64,000 nt of DNA from an uncultured Planctomycetaceae bacterium (GTDB lineage: Bacteria; Planctomycetota; Planctomycetia; Planctomycetales; Planctomycetaceae): positions 51,756-115,755 of the forward strand of contig CAWFGE010000011.1 in the NCBI GenBank assembly GCA_963815195.1, written 5' to 3'. Below, one piece after another: positions 1-9,092 of this stretch (within the stretch, counting starts at the first letter, position 1; every line of letters begins with the position of its first letter). The position numbers and the translations under genes are program-made. Under the pieces are notes generated by a model. The model made no database searches. It saw only the letters and a list, made by a program, of their open reading frames with translations, and was not told the DNA's origin.

Positions 1-155
1 AATGACACCAATAACACGAATTATTTAAGATAGATTTGACCGCCGATAGTTCAGTTTACAGGGACGGAAACTACAAAGAAGAAAACAATCTGATTTTTAT
101 TCAGGATCGGCATTCGCTGGGTTTTCTTCGTGTGATTCGTGTGATTCGTGGTTGC
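1..155. repeat. Inverted 9-mer-type repeat pair enclosing an AT-rich unique core (left arm cut by the window edge)
   Basis: AATGACACCAATAACACGAAT at 1-21 faces TTCGTGTGATTCGTGTGATTCGTGGTT at ~127-154. Confidence 0.55.
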
Positions 156-194
156 CTTCGATTTAGTCAAAAACCTTTGATTGAGTTTGTTCCG

Positions 195-1481
195 ATGTTC
201 GATTCACAAGCCATCACTCGGCGGAATGTGTTACAGGGGGCTTTGGGGCTGGGGGTGTCGTTTGCGTTGCCGGCTCTGGATTTGCAGGCGGCTCGGAAGC
301 GTGGGGCGGAGCGGCCGAAGTCGCTGATCGTTTTGTGGCTGGCCGGCGGGCCGAGCCAATTGGAGACCTGGGACCCGCATCCGGGCACGAAGATCGGCGG
401 CGAAACCAAATCCATCGCCACTAAGCTGCCGGGCGTCCGGATCGCGGACTTTTATCCTCATCTCGCCGAGGAAATCGATTGCCTGAACGTTATTCGCTCC
501 TTGACATCGAAAGAAGGCGACCATGAGCGGGGGACGTATTTGCTGAAGACCGGTTTTCGCCCCGTGCCGAAATTGACGCACCCTGCGCTCGGGGCGGTGT
601 TGGCCCACGAACGGCCTGCGCCGAAGCTCGAGATTCCCCAATTTGTTTCGCTGGGCGGCACAGAGTGGCCGGGCCGGGGCGGGTATTTGGGGGATGAGTA
701 CGATGCCTTCCGCATTTTCGATCCCGGCCGAAACATCCAAAACATGCGGGCCCGGGTTCCCGAAGATCGCCATCAGCAACGGCTCAAGAACTTGGAAGTC
801 ATTTCCAACTCCTTCGCCAATCGCCGGCCGTTCGCTTCCCGGAAAACGCTGCATCAGGAAATGATCCAGCGGGCGCTGACCATGATGAGTTCCGAGCAGC
901 TCAATGCCTTCGAGATGGCAGGCGAACCGAAAGCCACCACCAAAGCGTATGGCGATTCGCCGTTCGGCCGCGGTTGCCTGGTGGCCCGGCGACTCGTCGA
1001 GCAGGGCGTCCGCAGCATCGAGGTGAACCTCGGCGGCTTCGACAGCCACGCCAACAACTATGAAGCCCACAAAACGAACGCCGCCATTCTTGACCCCGCC
1101 TTCGCAGCGCTCCTCAAGGATTTGAAGGAACGCGATCTGTGGGACTCGACGGTCGTCTTGTGCATCGGCGAGTTCGGCCGCACGCCGACGATCAACCCCT
1201 TGGACGGCCGGGACCATTGGCCCAAGGGCTTTTCCTGCCTCGTGGGCGGCGGGGGAATGAAACGGGGCCAGGTCATCGGCGAAACCGACCCCACCGGCCA
1301 AAAAACCGACCCCGCCGACCCCATCGAAGTCAAAGACCTCTACGCCACGTTGCTGCACGTCTTCGGCGTCGAATACGGCAAAGAACTCCAAACCCCCATC
1401 GGCCGCCCGATGCGCTTAAGCGAAGGCCAACCGATCCGGCGACTGCTTCAGGCGAGCGGGGGGCGTAAGCCCCCTGGTTAG
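195..1481 (+). CDS. DUF1501 domain-containing protein (Tat-like N-terminus)
   Basis: TRRNVLQG twin-arginine-like motif; WLAGGPSQLETWDP, FGRGCLVARRLVEQGV and GEFGRTP...GRDHWP motifs; start taken at the ATG at 195. Confidence 0.9.
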   Translation: MFDSQAITRRNVLQGALGLGVSFALPALDLQAARKRGAERPKSLIVLWLAGGPSQLETWDPHPGTKIGGETKSIATKLPGVRIADFYPHLAEEIDCLNVIRSLTSKEGDHERGTYLLKTGFRPVPKLTHPALGAVLAHERPAPKLEIPQFVSLGGTEWPGRGGYLGDEYDAFRIFDPGRNIQNMRARVPEDRHQQRLKNLEVISNSFANRRPFASRKTLHQEMIQRALTMMSSEQLNAFEMAGEPKATTKAYGDSPFGRGCLVARRLVEQGVRSIEVNLGGFDSHANNYEAHKTNAAILDPAFAALLKDLKERDLWDSTVVLCIGEFGRTPTINPLDGRDHWPKGFSCLVGGGGMKRGQVIGETDPTGQKTDPADPIEVKDLYATLLHVFGVEYGKELQTPIGRPMRLSEGQPIRRLLQASGGRKPPG

Positions 1482-1596
1482 CCATGAACGCTCAGGTTGC
1501 CGCCAATGGTTTTTGTCGTTTCAGAAACATTCGGCAATCGAATTGGGATTCACGAAACCAGGGGGCTGACGCCCGGGCTGACGCCCCCCGCTCGCC
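1451..1596. repeat. REP-like palindrome doublet, family A (GGCGAGCGGGGGGYGTMAGCCCCCYGGT)
   Basis: Arms at 1451-1478 and 1557-1596; further copies at 2517-2544, 37985-38017 and 57788-57926. Confidence 0.85.
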
Positions 1597-1655
1597 TTGG
1601 AAATTCCACAGACCTGAGTTTCCCCAGGGCGGCGCTCTGCTAAAATGGCGGGGCC

Positions 1656-2513
1656 ATGAACGACTCCGCTGCTTCGCCCGCTGATTTTCCGAAAGTCCTC
1701 GCCATCGTCGGCGTGGGTTTGATCGGCGGTTCCATCGCGGCGGCGCTCAAGTCGCGGGATTTCACTGGAACCATTTGGGGCGTCGGGCGAAATCCCGATC
1801 GGCTGAAAGCCGCGATTCAAGCGGGGTTGATCGATGAGTTCGCGGAACGCGTGGAAGATGTTTTTGCCGATCTGTGGGTATTCTGCACGCCGGTGGATCG
1901 GATCGCGGCCGGTGTTTTGAGCGTTCGCGGGCAGCCGGGGAAGACCACGTTGATCACTGACGCCGGCAGCGTGAAGCGGGCGATTTGCGAAGAGGTTCGA
2001 GGGAAACTCCCTGCGGGCGTGGAGTTTATCGGTTCGCATCCCTTGGCCGGTTCCGAAAAACGCGGCTTCGAGCATGCCGAGGCCGATTTGTTTGTCGACC
2101 GCCTGTGCGTCCTGACGCCGGATTCCTCGACATCGAAAATTGAACTTCAAAGGCTGCGGGGCTTTTGGGAGTTTTTGGGAATGCAGGTCGTGGAGATGGA
2201 CGCCGCGGCCCACGATCTGGCGCTTGCGGAAACCAGTCATCTGCCGCATTTGGTGGCGGCGGCTTTGGCGGGGACGCTTCAAGAACAAAACGCCCACCTC
2301 GCCGCCACGGGCTTTGCGGACACGACGCGCATCGCCGCGGGCGATCCCGGGTTGTGGTCGGCGATTTTTCTCGGGAACGCGGAGGGAATCTCTCAGGCCT
2401 TGTCGCGGTTTTCCGACAGGCTCGCGGAATTTCAAAGAGCCTTGGAACAGAAAGACGCCGGGGCCTTGCAAAACCTGTTAGAACACGCCAAAACCAACCG
2501 CGACCGGCTTTGA
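1656..2513 (+). CDS. tyrA: Prephenate dehydrogenase
   Basis: Rossmann motif IVGVGLIGGS; TDAGSVK, HPLAGSEKRG, SHLPH and TRIAAGDP motifs. Confidence 0.92.
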   Translation: MNDSAASPADFPKVLAIVGVGLIGGSIAAALKSRDFTGTIWGVGRNPDRLKAAIQAGLIDEFAERVEDVFADLWVFCTPVDRIAAGVLSVRGQPGKTTLITDAGSVKRAICEEVRGKLPAGVEFIGSHPLAGSEKRGFEHAEADLFVDRLCVLTPDSSTSKIELQRLRGFWEFLGMQVVEMDAAAHDLALAETSHLPHLVAAALAGTLQEQNAHLAATGFADTTRIAAGDPGLWSAIFLGNAEGISQALSRFSDRLAEFQRALEQKDAGALQNLLEHAKTNRDRL

Positions 2514-2516
2514 CAA

Positions 2517-2615
2517 GGCGAGCGGGGGGCGTCAGCCCCCTGGTTTCATGGAATATTGAAAACCATTCATCAAACAACAACCGACAAGCCACGGACAAAA
2601 GGACAACTGACAAAG
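2517..2615. repeat. Family A palindrome followed by degenerate heptamer tandem repeats (GGACAAA-like)
   Basis: GGCGAGCGGGGGGCGTCAGCCCCCTGGT, then CCGACAAGCCACGGACAAAAGGACAACTGACAAA. Confidence 0.7.
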
Positions 2616-2616
2616 A

Positions 2617-5535
2617 ATGCTGTGGGAAGTTGAAATCCAACCGGCCGCGGGGCGGCCGGACCGGGAAGCGGAACGGGTGCTGGCGGACAGCCGGGGCTTT
2701 GGGGCCGACTCGGTTCGCCGGGTGCGGTCGGCGAAATCGTTTTTGATCGAAGGCGATCTGGACCGGGCCGCGATCGAATCCGCCGCCGCGGGCCTCTTGG
2801 TCGATCCCGTCATCGAAACCTGGACCGCGCACCCGATCGAAGAGTCGGCCAAGCCCGATGCAATGAATGATGGCTTGCTGTTGAACGTGCTCTACAAGCC
2901 CGGCGTGACCGACAACGTGGCCCAGACCACAAAGGCGGCCCTGGCGGACCGGGGCATTCACGCCGACGCCGTCGCCACGTGCCGGAAGTATTGGATCAAT
3001 CCGGACGCAGCGCCGGCCGACCGCGAACGGCTCGCCACGAAGGTGCTTTCCAACGATGCTATCGAGCGGGTCGTGTGGGGAACGCTCCGGATGAAAGCCA
3101 TCTCCTTGGGCAGCCCTTATCAGTTTGAGCTGATCAAAGTCCCCATCCGCGAAATGGACGATGCTCGTTTGGAGCAACTCAGCAAGGCCGGGCAGCTTTA
3201 TTTGAATCTCACCGAGATGCAAACCATCCGGCGGCATTTTATCCAAGAGGATCGCGATCCCACGGATGTCGAACTGGAAACCCTCGCCCAAACCTGGAGC
3301 GAACATTGCTCGCATAAAACACTCGCGGGGCGGATCCATTACCGCGACGGCGAGCGGGAACTTCAGTTCGAGAACATGCTGAAGGAAACCATCTTCGCGG
3401 CGACCGTGAGCATTCGCGAGCAGTTGGCCGAGGATGATTGGTGCGTGAGCGTGTTCAAGGACAACGCGGGCATCGTGCGGTTCGATGAGAAGCAGAACGT
3501 GTGCTTCAAGGTCGAAACGCACAACCATCCCTCGGCTCTCGAACCCTACGGCGGAGCCAACACCGGCTTGGGCGGCGTGATCCGCGATCCCTTGGGCACC
3601 GGTTTGGGGGCCCGGCCGATCTGCAATACCGACGTGTTTTGCTTCGCCCCGCCGGAGACGAGCTATGACGATTTGCCGCCGGGCGTTTTGCATCCGAAGA
3701 TCGTTGCCCGCGGCGTGGTGGCGGGCGTGCGGGACTACGGCAACCGCATGGGCCTGCCCACCGTCAACGGGGCCGTGTATTTCGATTCCCGCTATCTCGG
3801 CAATCCGCTCGTCTATTGCGGCAACGTGGGCATGATCCCCGTGGACAAGTGCGAAAAGCATCTCTCGCCGGGCGATTTGATTGTCGCGGTCGGCGGGCGG
3901 ACGGGACGCGACGGCATCCACGGGGCGACGTTTTCCTCGGCCGAGCTGACCGAAGAAAGCGAAACGCTCTCCGGTGGAGCGGTGCAGATCGGAAATGCCG
4001 TCACCGAAAAGATGGTGCTCGACGTGATCCTCGCCGCGCGGGATCGCGGGTTGTATTCGGCCATCACCGATTGCGGGGCCGGAGGTTTCAGCAGTGCCGT
4101 CGGCGAGATGGGTGAACACACCGGAGCCGAGGTCTGGTTGGATAAAGCCCCGCTCAAATATGCCGGGCTGTCGTACGCGGAGATTTGGATCTCCGAAGCC
4201 CAGGAGCGGATGGTGCTCGCCGTCCCGCCCGCGAACTGGGAGGCGTTTCAAACCCTCTGCCAAAGCGAGGAGGTGGAAGCCACCGTCATCGGAAAGTTCA
4301 CCGAAACCAAGCGGCTGGTTTTAAAATACCACGACGCGTGTGTGGGCGATTTGTCGATGGAGTTCCTGCACGACGGCCGGCCGCCGATCGTCCGGCAGGC
4401 GGTGTATCAGGCTCCGGAGCCGACGCCGATGTCTATCCCGAAGAAGGGCCGCTACGACGAGGATTTGAAGAAAATTCTGGGTTCGCTCAACGTGTGCAGC
4501 AAGGAGTGGATCATCCGGCAGTACGATCACGAAGTGCTCGCGGGCAGCGTGGTGAAACCTCTGGTCGGGGCGGCAAGCGACGGGCCGTCCGATGCAGCGG
4601 TCGTCCGGCCGGATCTGAAATCCTCGCGCGGCCTCGTGATTGCCTGCGGCATGAATCCCCGCTTGGGGGATCTCGATCCGTATTGGATGGCGGCGTCGGC
4701 GATTGACGAAGCGGTGCGGAACTGCGTCGCCGTCGGTGCGGACCCGGAGCGGATTGCGATCCTCGACAACTTCTGCTGGGGCAACACCGACAAGCCCGAA
4801 ACCCTCGGCAGCCTGGTGCGCGCGGCGCTCGCCTGCCAGGAAACGGCGATCGCCTTTCAAACGCCGTTCATCAGCGGCAAAGACAGCTTGTACAACGAGT
4901 TTTCCTACGTCGATCAAACCGGCAACCGGCAAACGGTGGCGATCCCGCCGTCGCTGCTGATTAGTGCCCTCGGTCAGATTGAAAATATCGAAGAGGCGGT
5001 GACGATGGATCTCAAATCGCCCGGCAATCGCTTGTTCCTCGTGGGTGCCACGAAAGCCGAACTCGGCGGCAGCCATTGGGCGATGGTCAATCATCTCGAA
5101 GGCGGCGACGTCCCGCAGGTCGATCTCAAAACGGCCCCCCAAATCTTCGCGGCGGCGCATCGGGCGATTCGTGCGGGCTCTGTGCGGAGTTGCCACGACT
5201 TGAGCGAAGGCGGACTGGCGGTCGCGATCGCGGAGATGGCGTTCGCGGGCGAATGGGGCGTGGAGATTTCGCTCGATCTTCTTGCGAAAGCGTCAGGGAT
5301 TTCCGATGCGGGCACATTGCTCTTCGCGGAAAGCAACACCCGGTTTGTGATGGAAGTCCCGCCGGCCTCTTTGGAAGAGTTCAAGGCCCACTTCGCGGAT
5401 CTGCCGATTGTGGAATTGGGCACTGTCACCGAAGGCGAGCGCGTTCGCATTTCGGGAACGGCGGGGAATCCGCTGGTGGAGGCTATGTGGAGCGAACTCA
5501 AAGCCGCCTGGCAAAAGCCGCTGCATTGGGATTAG
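2617..5535 (+). CDS. purL: Phosphoribosylformylglycinamidine synthase PurL with PurS-like N-terminal extension
   Basis: [40 protein letters not shown] and HDLSEGG motifs; N-terminal KPGVTD is PurS-like. Confidence 0.95.
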   Translation: MLWEVEIQPAAGRPDREAERVLADSRGFGADSVRRVRSAKSFLIEGDLDRAAIESAAAGLLVDPVIETWTAHPIEESAKPDAMNDGLLLNVLYKPGVTDNVAQTTKAALADRGIHADAVATCRKYWINPDAAPADRERLATKVLSNDAIERVVWGTLRMKAISLGSPYQFELIKVPIREMDDARLEQLSKAGQLYLNLTEMQTIRRHFIQEDRDPTDVELETLAQTWSEHCSHKTLAGRIHYRDGERELQFENMLKETIFAATVSIREQLAEDDWCVSVFKDNAGIVRFDEKQNVCFKVETHNHPSALEPYGGANTGLGGVIRDPLGTGLGARPICNTDVFCFAPPETSYDDLPPGVLHPKIVARGVVAGVRDYGNRMGLPTVNGAVYFDSRYLGNPLVYCGNVGMIPVDKCEKHLSPGDLIVAVGGRTGRDGIHGATFSSAELTEESETLSGGAVQIGNAVTEKMVLDVILAARDRGLYSAITDCGAGGFSSAVGEMGEHTGAEVWLDKAPLKYAGLSYAEIWISEAQERMVLAVPPANWEAFQTLCQSEEVEATVIGKFTETKRLVLKYHDACVGDLSMEFLHDGRPPIVRQAVYQAPEPTPMSIPKKGRYDEDLKKILGSLNVCSKEWIIRQYDHEVLAGSVVKPLVGAASDGPSDAAVVRPDLKSSRGLVIACGMNPRLGDLDPYWMAASAIDEAVRNCVAVGADPERIAILDNFCWGNTDKPETLGSLVRAALACQETAIAFQTPFISGKDSLYNEFSYVDQTGNRQTVAIPPSLLISALGQIENIEEAVTMDLKSPGNRLFLVGATKAELGGSHWAMVNHLEGGDVPQVDLKTAPQIFAAAHRAIRAGSVRSCHDLSEGGLAVAIAEMAFAGEWGVEISLDLLAKASGISDAGTLLFAESNTRFVMEVPPASLEEFKAHFADLPIVELGTVTEGERVRISGTAGNPLVEAMWSELKAAWQKPLHWD

Positions 5536-5538
5536 CCC

Positions 5539-5790
5539 AAAGTCGCCCTTCGCTCCGCGAAGGCAGCGAGACGAAGAGTAATCCCGCAATCATAGCGCTG
5601 TTTGCAAAAACCATCAAATGGGCAATCCGCGACGTTCGCGGAGCGGCTGTGATTTTTTCCGCGGTGGCTCCAACTGCCGACTGGACGCCGAGCCGGCTAT
5701 TGGGGGCGGCTAGAAGCCGCCGCGACGATCACGTTTTCGCGCTACCATCGCGGAGCGATGGGCGACTTTCGCGGAGCGAACGGCGACTTT
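5539..5790. repeat. Palindromic repeat doublet, family D (AAAGTCGCC...CGCTCCGCGA)
   Basis: AAAGTCGCCCTTCGCTCCGCGAAGGCAGCG at 5539-5568, with inverted tandem copies ending at 5790 between convergent genes. Confidence 0.7.
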
Positions 5791-5856
5791 CTCTCTTAAT
5801 CTCTCACGGGGGCCTCAATGATTTTGGGCGGTTGGTAGCCGGGTTTCCAGTCTTCG

Positions 5857-6876
5857 TCATTTCTGACTATCCGGAACGGGAGGCGATTTCGGCGTCGCGG
5901 CGTTCTCCAAATTGAGGGGCCCCCAAATCGTGAGGTCCACCGGCTCTCCGGTGTCGAGGAAGACTTTGCCTTTCACCCGCTCCAGGACCTCCGCGACCGT
6001 CTGATAATAATAGCGTTCCAAGGCGAGCCGGCGGGCCGCGGAGCGGGCGTTTGCGTCCGGGGAATGCGGATCGTGAAATTCCTGGATGATCTGCAAGAAG
6101 CGGGCGGCCGATCCATTCGCGGCTTGCAAGGTTTCGCGGGCTTCGCTCTCCGCGGCATCGCGGATTTCGCGGGCGTCGGCTTCGGCGGACCGGCGGCGCT
6201 GATCGGCCGACGACAGCGCCATTTGAATCAACTGCTCCCGCTCCGCCCGCGCATTGGCCACGTCCAAAAAGTCCGCCTTGACCTGCACCGGCGGGGAAAT
6301 CTCTTCCAACGAAACATCGTCGATCACCAGTCCCAACCGCTGGGCGTCGGCCCGCCGCTGGAGCCGATCGGCGAGCATTCGCCTGAGTTCGGAGATCCCC
6401 GACACCTGCACGAAGTCCACGCCACTCTCGGCGAATCGCTCCGCGGCGACGGCTTCCGTGGAAGCAGCCAGCCGATTTTCGATCGAATCCGAACCGAAGA
6501 AAAACTCCTCGACGCCGGCTTCGGCGATGCGGTATTGCACGGCCAGCCGCACGTTGAGCAGGTTCTTATCGCCCGTCAAAAACACGAGCTCTCGGGGTGC
6601 CCCATCTCCCAGTAAAAGCGACTCGTCGTTCGCGCGGGAATCGCCCGCGGGAATTTCGAGCGTGCGGACTTCGTTGAGGTTCACGCGGTCCACTTGCGAG
6701 ATCGGCCAAGGCCAATCGAAGTGCAACCCGTTTCCATAAAGCACGAGCGAGCCGTCGTCCTGGCGAACCGCCCGCCCGCACCGCCGCACGACCGCCCGTT
6801 CGTTGCTGCCCACAATGGAAACCGCCGTGAGCAGCCACACGGCAACGAGAGCCAGGATGATTTTGAGAAAACGCAT
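5857..6876 (-). CDS. HflK/HflC-like SPFH (band 7) membrane protein
   Basis: N-terminal TM helix, ERAVVRRCGR, FLTGDKNLLNV and PPVQVKADFLDV motifs; coiled-coil C-terminal half. Confidence 0.85.
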   Translation of the reverse strand: MRFLKIILALVAVWLLTAVSIVGSNERAVVRRCGRAVRQDDGSLVLYGNGLHFDWPWPISQVDRVNLNEVRTLEIPAGDSRANDESLLLGDGAPRELVFLTGDKNLLNVRLAVQYRIAEAGVEEFFFGSDSIENRLAASTEAVAAERFAESGVDFVQVSGISELRRMLADRLQRRADAQRLGLVIDDVSLEEISPPVQVKADFLDVANARAEREQLIQMALSSADQRRRSAEADAREIRDAAESEARETLQAANGSAARFLQIIQEFHDPHSPDANARSAARRLALERYYYQTVAEVLERVKGKVFLDTGEPVDLTIWGPLNLENAATPKSPPVPDSQK

Positions 6877-6957
6877 CGGGCGGAAAAGTCGAGTGGAGAA
6901 ATTCGAGACACGAATTCTACCACGAGGTCCGTGTTGCGTCATGTCGCGGAGCCCGAT

Positions 6958-7908
6958 TTAATTGCACTCGGCCACCAAGGGGCCGGCGAGTTCTTTCAGG
7001 AAGTACAACCGGCCCGGCTGCGTGGGCATGTACGTGGACGGGATCCAGGGCGTGGGTTCGTGGCGGAGCGTCATCCACAGGCTGAGTCCTTGCCACATCA
7101 TGCCCCGGCCCAACGCTCCGTCCGCGCCGCCGATGATCGAATCCGCATTCAAAAACAGCCCCGGCCCGATCGTGTTCGCATACGCGGGGACCAAGGTGGT
7201 CCGGCTTTTGAAGCTCGTGATCGCGTTTTGCTCGACGGTGAGCGGATGCAGCTTCGCGCCGATGCGGTGCGTCTGCTGTTTCCACTCGGCTTCGCTTTCG
7301 TACTCGCCCGCGAACTGCGGCTCCCAAAATGCGATGTGGCACACCCGCCCGATCCCGAAGATCACCGTCAGCTTGCCGCCGGCCGCCCGCAATTCGCCGA
7401 TGCGGTCCCCGTAGGTCGGCAGCTTGTCTTTCGTGCCGAAGTGCCGCTGACTTTCGGGCACGGTGAGTGAACCCAAGGGGCCGTAAAAAGCCTGCTCCAT
7501 CGCGTTTTGAAACGCCCCCGGATCGGTCGCCGGCAGCGTGTTGCCTCGGGCGTCGCTCCACTCATCCATGTTGAACCCGTGGACGTGGTCGCAGGGCACG
7601 TTCCACTCTTTCAGAAAATACACCGCCCAGCGGTACATGCCCATCGGCCCGACCGGCAGAATCAGCACCGCTTTCTCGCCCGCCTCCCGACGCCGGCGGA
7701 TGGTGTGCGCGATCTCGTGGCCCATGAAGGTGTCAAAATCCGCCACCGACTCGCAGGGCACCGGCTCGAACTGCGGATGCCACCACGATTGGCGATCCGT
7801 GACCGATTGGGGATTGTCATCGACGCATCCGTCAATCTTCGCCAGGTCCCAACCGGCAGGATAAAAGCCTTCCATCAACGAACCGGGAAGCGTGTTGAGC
7901 AAATCCAT
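6958..7908 (-). CDS. Glucosamine-6-phosphate isomerase/deaminase (NagB-like) family protein
   Basis: [17 protein letters not shown] and [13 protein letters not shown] motifs. Confidence 0.8.
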   Translation of the reverse strand: MDLLNTLPGSLMEGFYPAGWDLAKIDGCVDDNPQSVTDRQSWWHPQFEPVPCESVADFDTFMGHEIAHTIRRRREAGEKAVLILPVGPMGMYRWAVYFLKEWNVPCDHVHGFNMDEWSDARGNTLPATDPGAFQNAMEQAFYGPLGSLTVPESQRHFGTKDKLPTYGDRIGELRAAGGKLTVIFGIGRVCHIAFWEPQFAGEYESEAEWKQQTHRIGAKLHPLTVEQNAITSFKSRTTLVPAYANTIGPGLFLNADSIIGGADGALGRGMMWQGLSLWMTLRHEPTPWIPSTYMPTQPGRLYFLKELAGPLVAECN

Positions 7909-7988
7909 GAGTCGTCCTTCAATTGAGAGCCGCGAGCTTTGCGAGATTCGGATTTCGGATTAACCGGCGCGGAACCACACATCGTGAT

Positions 7989-8408
7989 TTAACCGTCCAT
8001 GCCGGGGTGGACCCATTCGGTGCTGCCGTCGGCCCAGTTTTCTTTTTTCCAGATGGGCACGAGAACTTTCAGCTCATCGATCAAAAACTGCCCGGCTTCG
8101 AAGGCCTGGCTTCGATGCGGGCAGCTCACCGCGACCGCCACGCTGATGTCGCCCAGCTCCAGATGCCCCAGGCGGTGGACGATGCCTGCTTTGTCGATCG
8201 GCCATTTTTGCTCCGCGGCCGCGATGAGTTCCGCCATCTTCGCCTCGGCCATTTCGGGGAAGGCCTCGTAATCCAAAGCGGCCGTTCGCCGGCCCGCGGT
8301 CATCTCCCGCACCGTGCCCAAAAATAGCACCACCGCCCCCGACTGGGAAGACCGCACCCCCTCGGTGAGGGCCGTGTAATCGATCGGGTCTCGCGTGAGT
8401 TCAATCAT
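7989..8408 (-). CDS. moaE: Molybdopterin synthase catalytic subunit
   Basis: GAVVLFLGTVR, HRLGHL, CPHRSQAF and VPIWKKE motifs. Confidence 0.95.
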   Translation of the reverse strand: MIELTRDPIDYTALTEGVRSSQSGAVVLFLGTVREMTAGRRTAALDYEAFPEMAEAKMAELIAAAEQKWPIDKAGIVHRLGHLELGDISVAVAVSCPHRSQAFEAGQFLIDELKVLVPIWKKENWADGSTEWVHPGMDG

Positions 8409-8441
8409 CTTTGTGGATCATGCCAGATTCGGGAAATGGGC

Positions 8442-8827
8442 TTTAACGCAAAGACGCAAAGGCCGCAAAGAACATTAGGATTGCTCGATCAATAATTGTG
8501 GCATTTATTCCGGAATCGCGAAGCGATGGCAGCAGATAGCCTTGGGCGTAAGCCCAAGGATCTCAGCCAAAAGAAACAGGAAAGCCGCGAAGCGGCGACA
8601 GCAGGAGCCGTCGCGCCGTCACTTGAGATTTGCTGCCGCCGCTTCGCGGCTCTCGACTGTTTTTGTCCTGTTTCCGTGGGCTTACGCCCACGGCTACATG
8701 CTACCGTCGCTTCGCGACTCCGGAAATGCGCAACTTCAAAGCTTGCGCTTCGGGCCGATAAAACTGCGGAGAAACTTACGATGAAGGGCGTTATCATGTA
8801 CGTCTTCCTCGGCGTCTTTGCGTTAAA
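8442..8827. repeat. Nested repeats: 16-bp inverted pair (family C) enclosing a ~205-bp MITE-like multi-hairpin element (family E)
   Basis: TTTAACGCAAAGACGC (8442-8457) and GCGTCTTTGCGTTAAA (8812-8827); inner element 8514-8719 has CGCGAAGCG arms and GGGCGTAAGCCC hairpins. Confidence 0.8.
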
Positions 8828-8840
8828 AACGAAGATGCTT

Positions 8841-9092
8841 TCAGCCCCCACTGACCGGCGGAAAACACGCGGCTTGCCTGTGGCTGGCGATCGGCGTGTT
8901 GTCGTCGGCGTAGTCGGTGCCGAGGGCGATCAACAGGCTTTGTATGTGCGGCTCCAGTTTCGGATAGCTCTCGGCGAGCGCAAACCTGAGATCGCCGACG
9001 GTGGCGGAGTCCGCCAAGCTCAATGACACCTTCTCGGTGCCGGCGAGGTCGCGGGCGCGGGCGAACAGCGTGACATCAATCGTAACGGTCAT
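8841..9092 (-). CDS. moaD: MoaD/ThiS sulfur carrier protein
   Basis: 83 aa, LFARARDLAG and C-terminal PPVSGG; ATGA overlap with the upstream gene. Confidence 0.9.
   Translation of the reverse strand: MTVTIDVTLFARARDLAGTEKVSLSLADSATVGDLRFALAESYPKLEPHIQSLLIALGTDYADDNTPIASHRQAACFPPVSGG

Noticed and set aside
8489..9026. Small ORFs overlapping the nested repeat element
   Set aside because: They are translations of palindromic repeat sequence with no RBS or protein-like features.
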